Below, piece by piece: positions 24,975 through 39,360 of a stretch of 64,000 nucleotides of DNA. A program made the translations under genes and the position numbers. A model generated the notes under the pieces. It was not told where the DNA came from. It did no database searches and worked only from the letters and a program-made list of their open reading frames with translations. Each line of letters opens with the position of its first letter. Position 1 is the stretch's first letter. Origin of the DNA: Chiloscyllium plagiosum (lineage: Eukaryota); contig NC_057718.1 of NCBI RefSeq assembly GCF_004010195.1, positions 96,904,079 through 96,968,078 of the forward strand, read 5' to 3'.

Positions 24975-25767
24975 TCCAAATCATGTTTTTTTAAGGTATT
25001 AAATCTATTATCATACCAATGATACAATATCATTATAAGCAAAGGTGATGGGGGGGGGTCATTCATTTCATTGTAAATTGGTAACTGCTGCCTTTCCTAC
25101 ATTGTAACAGCGAGTGTACTTCATAAATTAACTTAATTGCCTGTAAAATGCTGAAGGGTATCCTGTGATCGATAATGACACAGAATGAGTGCAAGGCTTT
25201 CTGCCTTTTCTCAGACGTTTTAGAAAGACATACGTTTCTATTTGAAGAAACAGACTCTGGATGAGGCAAAACTAGCATGAAGCAGCAAAGGTCCACATAA
25301 ATAAATACGTAAACAATGGGAAATGTACTTTCCTGACCGTTGAATCTGGAGTGAATGGGACTGGACTATGTTTCGACCACATGCAGAGGACATGATTGCA
25401 AAACATTTCTGTGACAAGCTACAACAGATACAGAAACATTATATATGGTCCATTTTTGTGTTTTGGTTGTGGAGGCAATATATGTGAACAATTGTTTGTT
25501 CGTTTACAATGCTGACAATTCAACAGTTAACAGTATTTGTTTCTAATGGTTAAAGTTAGGCCGTGCTACCTAATGTATAAAGGAGCAAATATCTTCTGAT
25601 TTAGAGATTGCATTTGTAAATTCCAGATCTTTATTTCTGCATCTCAACAGAAATTTCTGGCCTATTATTCCTTTCATGTCAAATAAATCAGTTGAATGCA
25701 ACTTAAAATTCTGACAAACAAAGTCATAGGGGTTAAATTATAACTGCAGTTTGACTGGAATAGGCAA

Positions 25768-26045
25768 TCATGGAATCCCTACAGTGTGGAAGTAGGCCAT
25801 TCGGCCCGTTGAGTCCACACCAACCCTCCAGCGGGCACCCCATCCAGACTCCACACCCCCCCACCACCCTATCCTTGTAACCCTACATTTCCCATGACTA
25901 ACCCACCTAGCCTGCAAATCCCTGGACATTATGGGGCAATTTAACATAGCCAACCCACCTAACCTGCACATCTTTGGACTGTGGGAGGAAACGGAGGCAC
26001 CCGGAGGAAACCCACACAGGCACGGGGAACCGCACAGCCATACAC
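25768..26045 (-). mobile_element. HE1-type SINE, 5'-truncated
   Basis: V-domain and tail only. Confidence 0.75.
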
Positions 26046-26909
26046 ACAAGTCGTTGAAATTTTTAAGATAATTTAAGGAGATAACTGATGACAGGTGTCA
26101 CAAGCACTGTTTAGCTTCAGACTCCAATCTTTGAAGGTTTGCTACACATTTGCAAAAAAATGTTTTTCAAATTAAATTTTGATAAGTTAAAAGTTGTCAG
26201 TCAATTTCATACTTCAGGAGATTCTGATCTTTACTTTTTTTGCTCCTTTCCTCAGAAACAACAACTTTGTTGATTATTCCCTGGGCTCTAAAAGACGTGT
26301 GGATTTGGGTGGATTGGTCATGCTAAATTGCCCATATTGTCCAGGGATGTGCAGGTTCATGGGAAATGCAGGGTTATAGGGTAAGGCGGGGTGGGTCTGG
26401 GTGTAATGCTCTTCGGAGAGTCGGTGTGGGCTTAATGGGCTGAATAGCCTGCTTCCACACTGTAGGGATTCTCTGATCTTTGTGGATGGATCGGGAGAAA
26501 AACAAGTAAATGGCTAATTGAAAAATGCCAATAGTGAATGAAATAAGGTAACAAGTACTGAATTCTGATGGTCGTGCAAGAATAAGGCAATCAGAATTCT
26601 ATGCATAGTTACAGACAAACTTTAGAATAGAAATAAAATATACAATAAAAGGGATGCAGAGTTATGAGCATTTCAGCATATAAATAACTACATTATATTG
26701 GCAAATATGTTACTGGTGAGGTAATGGTGCCATGGTGCTGTCACTGCCATTATAATCAAGAGACCAAAATAATGTCCTTGGACCAAAGTTCAAATCCCAG
26801 CAAAGCAGTTTGTGGAATTTGAATTCAATATATTCTGGTATTACATGTCTATTGCTGACTGTGAAATATTGTTAACAGTTATTTAAAACCCCATCTGATT
26901 CATGCATTT

Positions 26910-27570
26910 GCAGGATCATAAAAAACTACATAAAGTTGTGAACGTAGCCTAGTCCATCACGTAAGCCAACCTTCCATCCATTGACTCCATCTACACTTCT
27001 CACTGTCGCAAAAAGGCAGCCAACATGATCAAAGACCCCTCCCAACCCGGTTATAATCTCTTCCAACCTCCTCCTTCAGGCAAAACGTTCAAAAGCTTAA
27101 CACACATACCAACAGGTTCAAGAACTACTTCTCCTTCACTGTTACTGGACTTCTGAATGGTCCTCCCTAATTTCAAATCGAATATTGATCTTGCTTATTG
27201 TAATGATGGAGAGGAGCTGGTGTTGGACTGGGTGGAAAAAGTTGAAAATCATGCGACACCAGATTATAGTCCAACAGGTTTATTTGAAAATATAAACTTT
27301 CAGAGCACTGCTCATTCATCAGGTACGCATGGGCAGCACTCCAAAAACTTATGTTTTCCAATAAATCTGTTGGACTATAACCTGGTGTCACATGATTTTC
27401 AATTTTGCTTTTTGTACACCTTCCTTTGCATTGTAAATTTTTATTTCTCACTCTGTCCTATCACTCTCTGATCTTTGTGTCTTTGTGCATTACGTACTGC
27501 AGGCAAAACAAAACTTTTCACTGTACTTAGGTACATGTGACAATAATAAATCAGGTCAGATCCAATCAAA
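26910..27570 (+). mobile_element. Rex1/Babar LINE 3' end
   Basis: QDHKKLHKVVNVA*SIT*ANLPSIDSIYTSHCRKKAANMIKDPSQPGYNLFQPPPSG...NRFKNYF resembles the Rex1/Babar ORF C-terminus. The 3'UTR ends TGTGACAATAATAAATC. Confidence 0.75.
27205..27406. mobile_element. Family B fold-back mini-element inside the Rex1/Babar 3'UTR
   Basis: Inverted arms (ACACCAGATTATAGTCCAACAGGTTTATT / AATAAATCTGTTGGACTATAACCTGGTGT) meet at decayed hammerhead cores near 27322. Confidence 0.8.
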
Positions 27571-27589
27571 TGAAGGATGGAAAACTGTG

Positions 27590-29075
27590 ATTCTAAAACT
27601 GCAGTGAAGTGTCTTACTTTTCAATGCCCTCTGTAATGACTTAAGCACTCAGTTGTATCAATCACTAACATGTCACAAAAAATGAATGAAATTAAGTGGA
27701 CCACCTGATGTAATCCAGGCAGTGGAAATGGCAGTGGCAAACACAGCCCTGTTAACCCTACAACGTCTTCTTTGTTTGACAGCTAGTGCCAGAGTTGAGT
27801 GGGCTGTCTCACAGACTGGTCCAGCTCATGGAATTACACAATATTCCAGCCACCACCATCACCATTCCTGGTTATACTCCATCCCTTCACCAAGTAGAGG
27901 TGGCTGCACAGTGGTATACAGTCAGAAATGGAGATGCTTACCAATAACTGCACAATATTCAGCAGTGTTTGTGACTCATCAGATCCTGAAGCATTCCATG
28001 TCCAAACGCTGCAAACCCTGGACAATATCCTGCCTTGGGCTGACAAATCTTAAGTAACATTCATGCCAGACAAATTCCAAACAATGACCATCTCAAATGT
28101 TTGAATCTAACCGCTTCTCTTTGACATCCAATGGCATTGCCATCACTGAATCCCTCACTATCAACTTCCTGGGGGTGACCATTGACCAGTAACTTAACTG
28201 GACTAGCCATACATATACCGTGGGCTACAAGAGCAGATCAGAGGCTAGGAATCCTGCAGCGAGTAACTCACCTCCTGACTCCCCAAAGCCTGTCCAGCAT
28301 CTACAAGGAATAAGTCAGGAGTATGATGGACTACTCCCCACTTGCCTGATTGAGTGCAACCTCAACAACACTCAAGTAGCTTGTTCTGAAGAACTCAAAA
28401 CATTAACTCTGCTTTGTCTCCACAAGGCTGCCAGAACTGCTGAAGTTCTCCAGAAATATCTGTTTTTATTTGTTTCAGATGTCCAGCATCCACAGTTTTT
28501 TGTTTCACTTTTAACTTGCTCTATGTTGTTTTCCGTGGCCCCATTCAACACAAACAGCCTGCTTGATTGGCACCGTATCCACAAGCATTCATTCCCACCA
28601 TCAGTCAGCAGCATCAGAACATATGCATCTATGCGCTGAACTGAAGAAATTCAATAATACTTCTGAGACAGCACCTTCCAAACCTATGACTGATACCATC
28701 TAGTAGGATGAGGGCAACAGATACATGGGAACACCATCTCCATGTTGCTCTCCAAGTGACTCACCATCCTGACTTGGATGCATACCGCCATTCCTGCATG
28801 TGTCACTGGGTCAAAATCCTGGAACTCCTTCCCTAATGGAATGGTGACCAAAGAGAGTGCAGTGGCTCAAGAAGATAGCTCACCATAGATTCACAGACTC
28901 ACAGAGATGTACAGCACAGAAACAGACCGTTCGGTCCAACTTGTCCATGTCGAGCAGATATCCTAAATTAATCTAGTCGCATTTGCCAGCACTTCATCAC
29001 CTTATTTGGGGCAATTAGGGATGGGTAATAAATGCTAGCTCAGCCAGTGATTCCCATGTCCCATGTATGAATAAA
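27590..29075 (+). mobile_element. Degenerate second LINE family (L2/CR1 group), RT 3' part plus tail, with nested family C (about 28381-28505) and CR1 pieces
   Basis: WADKS*VTFMP...ITESLTINFLGVTIDQ*LNWTSH...QSLSSIYKE*VRSMMDYSP. Confidence 0.75.
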
Positions 29076-30772
29076 AAGAAAAGAAAAATGTCCAGAAGCC
29101 TTGGACCTGGACTTGGGCATTGACAGATAGTCTCTCCATTATGGTAAAAATGGCCAGAAATTCTGAGTCCTATTGCTGAACACAGCACATCCATTTTCCT
29201 GGTGTCAGGACAGTGTTGGTACTTACATAAAACACAATGGGAGTTGACCATTTATGCCATCGAAGCTGTCAGGGTTTTGTTTCCCAGGCATGTGAAACCA
29301 GAAATATGCAAATTAGACCTGGTCAGAGGCGGCACATTTTGTGGAACAGCTGGTGTATTCCTCTGGAGAGGTAAGGCACCCATCTGGTTATCACTGTAGG
29401 ACACAGCTGGATGAGATCAAATGGCAGCATGAGACAGGAAACATGAATTTTGGAATTCTTAAAACGAAACTTGAATGTGCATAAATTCATTTGAACTGTC
29501 AACAAAAATGCTGTCAGGGCTACCAAGAGGACCTGCCTGATGGACCCATCACAAGTGTTAAGAGAAGCTGTCAAAAGCAACTATAAGAGAGCATTTAAAA
29601 GCTATATTTTTTAAATCTTTGCAAAAATATCTACTGTGTTCATTGCTTCCTGTTTCTCTCTGTGATGGTTTCCATTACTGAATTAGTAGCACATGATTGA
29701 TTTCAGCACAATCCATTATCACAGTCGGTTGCCTACCATTTCAGAGCTTGATTGAACAGATACAATGTCGATAGACTCTGAAGTGGGTCTATGATTCCCA
29801 GCTTTAGTTGCTATGAGACATTCTGCAATTGAATGAAATATTTTGCATGATAAATCTCTATTAATGTTGGTATGAAGGGTAAGAAGGGCCATGGGACGGA
29901 GGAGGTGGAATGATGTGGCATGGGCTGGCATGGATGAATCATGTGGGTGAGAGGTGAGTGGCGGAGGGATGTTTTCAGTTATATTCTACCTTAAAAAAAT
30001 TTGGACGCAGTACCACATTTCTGAGGTATGCCTTTCACCCAGTCTGCCTCCTCTCATAGCACCCACCTCATTATATCTGGGACTGCTCAATCTGACTTCT
30101 AATCACTCACCTATCCCTGTCCGGTGTGGACAACAATTTTCAAATGTTAGGCTTGCAAAGCTAGAATACAAGTGCCTCCCAGCTCCAGGACAGAAAACCA
30201 GCCCCCAGGTGGGGAGGAAGCAGAGAAATTATTTCCTCTGCTGATGGCATCCATAACAAGGCTGGAAGACCCCAAATTGCCATGATGTTGGTCAATGACA
30301 ATTCTTCAACAGAGCTCAGTGCAAACATGGGAACTCTTCTCACAGATGTTGACATGGCTGGAGCAATCAACACTGGGAAGGCTTGGCCAGAGCTGTGAGC
30401 CTCTAATCAACAAATAGAGAGAGGAGACAGGAGAAATTATTGCACGCACCATTCCTTCACTTACCCTCAAATGATGGATCATAGAATGTCGCACAGCTCA
30501 TTGAATCTCATGATTGCTTCAAAATTTACCAACTGAGATTGACGGATTTTAATTTAAGGAGGTACTAAAGGTCATGGAACCAAGGGAGGTCAATGGAATC
30601 AGGAGATATCCAACCACAATTGAATGGAGTTATACATGACAGACATTAAGGGCTATATGGCCAACTCCAGCTCCTATGTTCCTTCCTATACTTTCTTTCC
30701 CCTTTTATTCTTGGGAGGTAAGGTGACATTATATCTCCATTGCTATATGTTAATGCATCATCTTCCATTGAA

Positions 30773-31100
30773 CAGCACAGTGTCTCAGTGGTTAGCACTA
30801 CTGCCTCACAGCACCAGGTGCCTGGGTTTGAGCCCAGCCTCGGGCGACTGTCTGTGTGGAGTTTGCGCATTCTCCCTGTGACTATGTGGATTTGCTCTGA
30901 TTTCCTCCCAAAGTCCACAGATGTACAGGTGAGGTGGGTTGGTCATGCGAAGTTGCCCCATAGTGTCAAGGGATGTGTAGGCTAGGTGGGGCAACTATTG
31001 GAGATGCAAGATATGGTAGGGAATGGGTGGGAGTACTTTTTGAAGGGTCAGTGCACAATTGATGGACTGAATGGTCTCCTTCCACTCTTTAGGGGATCCA
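30773..31100 (+). mobile_element. HE1-type V-SINE (old)
   Basis: Head, V-domain and tail are recognisable. Confidence 0.8.
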
Positions 31101-31289
31101 CAGAACAGCATCTGGAGGGTCAATATAAGTATGTCCACTGGGATGTCACCATCAGATATCTCCTCCTTCAAAATGAAGAATTAATACTGCCATATTGCAA
31201 GATGGTTTGACATTAGGAAGACAGCACAGCGAGTTTGCCATGGCATGTGTGAATTGGAGGTCCGATATGCCTTGCCTGTCTGCCATAGA

Positions 31290-31755
31290 GGCATAGAGTC
31301 ATAGAGATGTACAGCATGCAAACAGACCCTTCAGTCCAACTCGTCCATGCCCAATCAAAATGCTGCAATTGCACTAGCCTCCACCACTTCCTCTGGCAGC
31401 TTATTCCATACACGTACCACCCTCTGTGTGAAAACATTGCCCCTGAGGTTCCTTCCACCACTTCCTCTGGCAGCTCATTCCATACACGTACCACCGTCTG
31501 TGTGAAAACATTGCCCCTGAGGTTCCTTTTGTACCTTTCCCTTCTCACTTTAAACCTATGGTGGAGTTCTGGACTCCACCACCCCACTTTATCTATTTAC
31601 CCTATCCATGCCCCTCATGATTTCATCAACCTCTATAAGGTCACCCCTCAGCCTCCGATGCTCCAGGGAAAACAGCCCCAGCCTATTCCACCTCTCCCTA
31701 TAGCTCAAATCCTCCAGCCCTGGTAACATCCTTGTAAATCTTTTCTTAACCCTTA
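31290..31755 (-). mobile_element. CR1 3' fragment with an internal ~73-bp tandem duplication
   Basis: [46 protein letters not shown]...CCCTGAGGTTCC occurs twice (about 31380-31452 and 31454-31526). Confidence 0.85.
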
Positions 31756-34700
31756 CCAACCTTGTATATTTTTTAACGTTTCCACATTCAACTCCTAGAA
31801 TAGGTTTTTCGCACTTTTTTGTGAAAGCAAGTTTATTGAACCTGGTCAGTAAACCAGGTGGCTGAATATGTATTCCAGTCACCACAGGAAAAACAATAAA
31901 GTTATTCAGACAGAAAATGGCTTTGGATTTTTGTGTTTTCTATTCAATTAGTAGATTTATTTACTTATTAGGCAGTCACTTGGGTGTAGCCAAATGGAAC
32001 TAAATAAGTAATCAGCGCAGGGAAGGCTTGGCCAGATAATAGACTGCAAACTGCTAATCAACAAATAGAGAGAGGAGACAGGATAAATTATTGCATGCGC
32101 CATTTGTTCACTTTCTCTCAAATGATGGATCGCTGTGATTTTGCACAGCCCATTGAACTTCATGATTGCTTCAAAAGGCCTTTAAGGGCTGGAGGAACCA
32201 CACTCCATCCATCCTTTTCAGTATCGCCACCAAATCCAATAAAGCAGCAGAGAAATTGGTTACAACGTGAGAGGGAAATGCGACTTTACATCTTGCTCTG
32301 TACTGTGCAGTGAAATAAGACACTGAAGAAAACAACATTAAATTACCATGCATGCATCACTTAATCTCTGGGTTTTCAGCAATTGATTGATGCTGCACCA
32401 AAGTAAATGACACTCCGAATTGATTTTTAAAATCAACTTTGAAAATAGCCTCTCAAGTGAATCATCCTGGATATGAGGTTTAGATTGCAAACTTTGCACA
32501 GATTTTAATGACAGCTAAATATCACAAACTATGACTGCCTCAGAGCCAGCCTGCTGTGTTATAACTACAAGTTATATCTTCAGGAAGAGTCACGTAGTTC
32601 ACTTGCCTGGATAGCTGGCCTGTAATGCAGAGTGATGCCAACAGTCTGGGTTCAATTCACACACTGGCTGAGATTACTGTGAAGGTGCTGCCTTTTCATC
32701 ATTGACCCTGAGGTCACCTTCCCTAAGAATCTGGTGTGTTCTGGTAAGGTACCCTCTCATTTTCCTATTTTTCAAAACAGAAAAGTTCCAACCCACTCCA
32801 CCTCTCCTCATAAGATAGTCCCTCCATACCGGGTAGCAGCCAAATGAATTTTCTCTTGGCTACCTTCAATGCCAGAGTATTTTTCCTTAGTAAGGACCCC
32901 AAAACTGTTCACAGTATTCCAGCTTTGGTCTGACTAGTGCTTTGTATAATTTGAGCAAAGCCTCCTGGCATTTACAATCCATTCCTTTTGAAATAAAAAC
33001 CAGTATTCCATTTGTCTTCCCAATTAGCCGCTGAACTTGGATGCTAGCACCAGGACTCTCAAATCCCTCTGCAGTGTTGCTTTCGGTCACCTTTCTCCAT
33101 TTAAATAGTATTTGGCTTCTCTCTTCTTCTGCTTTCTCCTCTAGAACTCCATCCAGGATACCAGTCTCCAACATCTCGATGTACTATCTATGGTCAGTCA
33201 CCACCTGTAACCCTCTCCACCATTCTGCCAACAGAGGACTTGCTTGGAGGAAATCTCTGGCCCACTTACAGTATGGTTCCACGGGTTAATGTTGCCTTTT
33301 GCATGCATTGCAATTTTCCTGGTCATGCAGATACCACGCACAGGAAGAGGGACCAAGCCCCTGATTTGGAGCAGCTTGCACCTTCAGTCTCCTCACGTGT
33401 TTTCCTCATATTCATTCACTTTGCAAAGACAGTGCTGCCCATAACGTCTCTGCCTCCCTTCCGTTGCCCTCCCTTTTGGTATCTTGCCCCTTCCGTTTGA
33501 CCCGAAAAGTTCACTGTGGTCCAAACTTCACTTATTGTTTCGGGCAGACCCCAAGCCAGGTTCTCAGTCAAGGGGAGCGCTCCTTTTGGTCTCATTTAAT
33601 CTATTTTTCTAATCAACCCATTGAGAGAGATTATTACACAGCACCGGAGTAGATAGGACATGAGCCTGTCCTCCCGGTGCAGGGGCAAGATCATTACCAA
33701 TGCGCCACAAGAGCTGATGACAGCAGCAGGAGAAATGTAGGTATTCCCCCGCTATCCAAAAGTAGATTGTTCCTATGAAACCTTTCGTAAGCTGAAATGA
33801 CATAAAACGAAGAAGCATTTAATTTATATGGGAAACATTTCGCCCTTTCTCGTAAAAGCTAAAGATCTCTTCGGATTTCTTTCAGTCAGCGAAAACAGGG
33901 ACTAACGTAGGTGTTCTGTAAAAGCAAAGTGGTGTGAAGTGAACTTTCAAAAAACAGGAGGTACCTGTATCACCTTCTGCATGTCAGAGCACCGCAGTGC
34001 AACAAGCCACACAGGGCTTCTTCAACGCAGTGAATGTGAAACACAAACAGAAATTACAGGGGACATTCAGCAGGTTTGGCAACGACTGTGGAGACAGAGC
34101 AGAGTTAGCAGTTTGGGGACAGCGGCCCTTTCTCATGAACTCAGTAGGTGTGAACTGGTTGCTCATTGACTGTAAACCTTGAAAATTAAGCAGTGCCTGT
34201 TTGTTCCCAGGGGCGAATGCAGCTTTTGTTAGCTTGTTTTTGTCAATGCTGGATAAAAGTGAATGTATTGAACCAGTTGAAAATGTTACTGTCTGGGATG
34301 GTCCCGTGTTGAACAGAGAAGATGTTGGGTTCCATTGGGAAAGAGTCGCACTCCCTTTGACAGGGTTCCAAGATGTGATGAAGCTAAGGATGGGTGAGCT
34401 GTGTAACTTGGTTCTTAAATAACATTAGATTCACGAAGGTTCACTTGTTTTCGGAATGTAAGTCATGCCACCCGTGTGCCCTGAGAAGTATTTGAGATTG
34501 GTTGCTCCCTTGCTCATTGCCCTGTGAAAGTCAACTTCAGATTTGAAAGTCACATGACACTGGGTCATAGTTCAGTAGGTTTATTTGAAAATACAAGCTT
34601 TCGGAGTGCGGCTCCTTCAGGTAGCTAGTGGGGCAGACTGGTAGCATTACATGGAATGCACAGCTGAGCTTTCAGGATGACACAGCATCAGGGTTCTCAG

Positions 34701-34826
34701 GTTCCACAATAATGAGAGGGAGGATACATTGAGCACTGCTCCCCCTGGGTGTGGCCATGGCTAATCAGGCGAGTTGCAGAGAGTAACATTAGAAACCTGC
34801 CGCAAACCGGACAAAGTTAACACCAA

Positions 34827-34999
34827 GGCGAAAGTGAGTACTGCAGATGCTGGAGATTAGAGTCAAGATTAGAGTGGTGCTGGAAAAGCACAGCAGGTCA
34901 GGCAGCATTCGAGGAGCAGGAACGTCGACATTTCGGGCAAAGCCCTTCCTGATGCTGCCTGACCTGCTGTGCTTTTCCAGCACTACTCTAATCTCGACC
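34827..34999. mobile_element. Family A fold-back mini-element (one arm internally deleted)
   Basis: TSD TTAACACCAA (34817-34826 / 35006-35015). Confidence 0.8.
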
Positions 35000-36446
35000 C
35001 CAACATTAACACCAAACCAATCTCTGTCAAAAAGTCAGCCCTTTGTTCCTTAAACAAAAGCATTCAAGCATCCTTGGCTCCTGGTGATTTTCTGGACGTG
35101 TGAAAACAGCAGAAGATTTCAACAAGAACATAGAACTCTGCAGACCGTTGACTCCTGGGTGTCAAAAGGTTTTTTGCTCATTGCTGAAAATGCACAGAAA
35201 ATGTCGTCAGTGCTATGATTGAGTGAGGAGGGTGTGAGTGGCTCTCCTCTTGTTGCCCTTTTGACTGCAAGTGGAATGTTTAAAGGGACAGGCTTACCAA
35301 TTCAGTGAGTGCTCAACCACTTACATGCTGTGATTGTAAAAGCCAAATATCCAGGTTTCCATGTAAATTTTCTTTCAGAACAGGAAGAATCGAATTTGTT
35401 GTTCTTAATACCAAGTCTAAATAAAACTAATTAAAGTATTGCAGCTCACCTTCACACGTTGCTGAGTCCCAAAGTGCCACAATGGATTGCGGTATTTTTA
35501 ACAAGTCCAATAAAAATCAGCGGTATATGGACCTTTCACATTAATGACTTTTGAATGAATTTATGCTAACTTTGATGGTCCCTCTGGATTCAGTATGAAG
35601 CTGACTTAAAGATGTTGACAGACAATTTGCATCTCTCCCTCTGGAGCCAGCAGCAGCCATGTTGATGCTTAAAATGCTATAATAAGTAGAAGGTCAAAAA
35701 AATGGTGCAGTTTTCACACTCACTCAGGGTCCTACAGCATGTCTTGTGTGGCCTAGGGGGAAAGCAGTTTCCCTCAAACATCAATGAGAGTTAGTTGATT
35801 TATCACGAGATCTCTTCTCACAAGCTGATATGGTCTTAGCAAGTTGATTCCCAGTCTGTTCCTCAGGCATGAGGAGATTAAATCTGAATGAGTCACTTTT
35901 TCAAACTGGTTCCACCTCCTGGCTGTTCTGCAGCTGGTTGAACTCAGATCTGGATGTTTGTGAATGGGTCAGGAGATGTGTTCATTCATGTTCCTCTGAG
36001 GTGAGAGGTTCATCTGGACAGGCTGACGTCATTGTTAATGGCTTTGGAATTTGTAAGATACAGTCATGGAAATGTTCAGCCATCTTAGAAATTGCTCTGT
36101 CAAGTCACTGAAAAGCTGCTTTTCAGTCTCTCCAGTGGTTCATGGTGGCTCAGTGGTTAGCACCAGGGGCCCAGGTTCAATTCCAGCCTCAGGTGACTGT
36201 CTGTGTGGGTTTCCTCTGGGTGCTCTGGTTTACTCCCTCAGTCCAAAGATTTGCAGGTTGGGCGAATTGGCCAAGGTAAATTGCCCATAGTGTTCAGGGA
36301 TGCATTAGTCAGGGGTAAATATAGAGAATAGTAGGGGAATGGTCTGGATGAGTTACTTCTTGGAGGTTCCATGTGGATTTGTTGGAATCGAATCTGGATC
36401 TCTGGTGCTGTGAGGTAGTGGTGCTAGCCACTGTGACCTGGGAGAA

Positions 36447-37140
36447 CTGGGACCAGCAGGGTCCATAAGATATCCCCTCAATATGTGGTCCCCATCTAAA
36501 TCAGATCCAGGGTGTAATGCAGTACTGTACAGACAGAGGACACTGCTTTGTCCCTGGATGCTTCACTCTGGAAAACTGGATAATGCAACAAAGCGATGTG
36601 AAGGAGAATAAGGATTCATGAGAGACGCAGTATCGTGCTGAAAATGTGTTGCTGGAAAAGCGCAGCAGGTCAGGCAGCATCCAAGGAGCAGGAGAATCGA
36701 CGTATCAGGCATGAGCCCTTCTTCAGAAATCTGCAGGATTTATTCCTGAAGAAGGGCTTATGCCCAAAACGTCGATTCTCCTGCTCCTTGGATGCTTCCT
36801 GACCTGCTGCGCTTTTCCAGCAACACATTTTCAGCTCTGATCTCCAGCATCTGCAGTCCTCACTTTCTCCTCGATGCAGTATAGTGCCAAGATTTCTGGA
36901 TATTGTCTGCAGTGCTAGTTGCCCTCTTATAAGAAGGATGTTATTAAGCTGGAGAAAAGATTTACCAGAAACCTTGCTGAGAATGGAAGGTTTGAGATAT
37001 AAAAATTGACTGGAAAGTCTAGGACATTTTTCACTGGGGTGTAAAAGGTTGAGGGCAGATCTTATTGAGGTTTCTAAAGTCATGAGGGCATAGATAACAT
37101 GCATGGCAAGGGCAGAGGAGTTCAAAGTAAGGGGGCATAT
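36447..37140 (+). mobile_element. Chimeric repeat: ~190-bp unassigned head fused to a CR1 3' segment (copy 1)
   Basis: Reverse-complement homologous to about 41556-41953. Confidence 0.7.
36639..36872. mobile_element. Family A fold-back mini-element with two opposed hammerhead cores
   Basis: Cores at about 36697-36726 (-) and 36746-36775 (+), each with a mutated GAAA. TSD GACGCAGTATCGTGC (36624-36638) / GATGCAGTATAGTGC (36873-36887). Confidence 0.9.
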
Positions 37141-38189
37141 TTATAAGGTGAGAGGGTAGGGGAATAGATCTGGGAGGGTTACTCTTTAGAGATTCAATGT
37201 TATCTTGTTGGGCCAAATGGCCTGTTTCCACACTGCAGGGACTCTATGATGATGAGAATGCCTGTCTGCCAATAAGCCTTGTTGCCCAGGAAACAGGAGC
37301 TCTGAGCATGCCCTGTTGAAAGTCATGTTTTCCACTGGGAGGAGCTGACAGACTGACAGAATTGCTGATTCAGAGACCACAGGCAAAAGGAGAGAGAGAG
37401 AGAGAGAGGCTTCTGGAAAAAGGAGAAGGAAGCAGTGGCCTTTACTCTGTTTGTCACCAGAGAGGGTGCTGACAGGAGTTTATTTGGTGATTAAAGAGTT
37501 GGAGTGTGTAGAGATTTAAGGACATTGAACACTTCATCCATCATGTGTTCAGGAGAAAGGTCACAGAAATGGACCTTGCTGCTAGAAGTCATTTTGCAGA
37601 CTTTCAGAAAACCGATGGAAACAAGTTTTGACGGACACTGGGCACTATGAGTCAGTGAAATGTGGGAAATCAAGTCTGTTTGAGGCTGAGGGTATTTTTG
37701 GATAAGTTCCTACAATTTTGCAGAGATTGTGGCGTGATGCATAAATGTGGCATAGGGTGTTTAGTCATATTACAAGTTGAAGGGATATATCTTTTCAGTA
37801 GTTTATTGGGTTGGTTGTCTGCCAGTCGATTATGTTTTTAATGTGTTTATTACAGTAAAAATCTTACAACGTTAAATATTTTGTCATCCTTTGAGATGAT
37901 TATTAGGAATTCACATCTCTTTTTATAGGATTGTGACAATAATATACCCAAGTTAATTTGGAATCTGTTTTGCATCCAGATATTTCATTTTCTTCCCCTG
38001 AGATTTTCATTGTGTGCTAATGAAAGTCAAATGCAGCATGGAACTCTCAGCTATTTCAGGGATGTCATATCGACCATCTCCATGTCAGCTGTGACAAGCA
38101 CATATACACAGTGAAACACATCCTGCTCATTTCTCTTCCATCTGATAACAATCTCGACAGGATCAGCTTTGAAACAGCATCAGGCAAAT

Positions 38190-39045
38190 CAATGCTGAGG
38201 GTCCTACTCTTAATCTGGAGGGGTTCCCCAGTAGAGGTTCTCAGCTTGGCTGCGGTCTAACACAAACTTGACGGTTGGAGTCCACAGTGAATTTTGGCAA
38301 AGACTGGTTCCACAATCACTGATACAACCGCGTTGGTATTATCCTCCATTAGAATTGGTTGACCATTCAACCATATATATATATTGATTGGTTCTAATTT
38401 GGGATGTTGCTAAGCAACTTAACTGTTCCAAACCTTGCCAGGGTATGCACTCTCCTGGATACTGGCCGATGAGTTCTCTTACTCAATTCAGACCTAGTGA
38501 GATTCTTTTGCTGTCTTGAGACTACATACTGGCAGCAACAACAATGCCCTACCCACCCTGATTCTTGAGAAAATGTTAACCATTTGGCCAAGACATGGCT
38601 TTGTTTTGAGGTTTTGCTGTGGGCTGACCTAGAGTCCCTCTGATCAGGATATGTCCTGAGCGTGGCTATGCAATTGCCATCACTCAAGTGGTGTTCCCCA
38701 AGCTTGGTAAGAGTGTCCATTTCCACTGGAATACACTGCAACTCATAAGCTCCAATTGCCACATTTTCCAATGATAAAGCCAGTTGCAATGCCCATTTGA
38801 AGTCCAGTTGGGCTTCAGCTACTCAGTACTGTTGCATGGTTATGTCATTAATCCCACTCTTGTCACCACTGAAATAACTCCACAAAGGCTGGTATCGTGT
38901 CACCAAGTCACCCTTTATTTACACGTGCACAGTACATGCCACTGACCCAGCTAGCTCAGAGCTGACTCCTAGAGTAAACAGAACCTCTGATCCTCCTGTT
39001 TATATCTGTCAGTCAGGTCTCTCTCCCGTTGGACCAGGTGGGTAT
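38190..39045 (-). mobile_element. Gypsy LTR retrotransposon fossil: LTR, PBS-like sequence, gag and protease remnants
   Basis: LTR end ...TTATTTCA at 38870, followed by GTGGTGACAAG. gag-like AEAQLDFKWALQLALSLENVA. Protease-like WLNGQPILMEDNTNAVVSVI...LRTSTGEPLQIK. Confidence 0.75.
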
Positions 39046-39360
39046 TTCTGCTAGATTAGAGCCAAGAGCACATCCCTGCCACCTCCATGCAGATGGCTCA
39101 GGGAGAGAAAGTTCGAGCCTTGTCGGCTCCTGGTAAGCCCCAGGGAAGAGAGAGACTTTGTGGTGTTGCCTGTTAATAATGTTGACACAGGACAGTGGAC
39201 AGTTTTCAGGAGACACTCTAGAAAGTGGAAGAGAAGGTTGGAAGAGTACACCAATGCCATCTGTATCATGCCGACACTGGTATGCTTGCATCTGGCTATC
39301 TCCATTAATGCGTATTGATGGTAGCACCACACTCAATATGGGCACACAGACTTGCACTCC

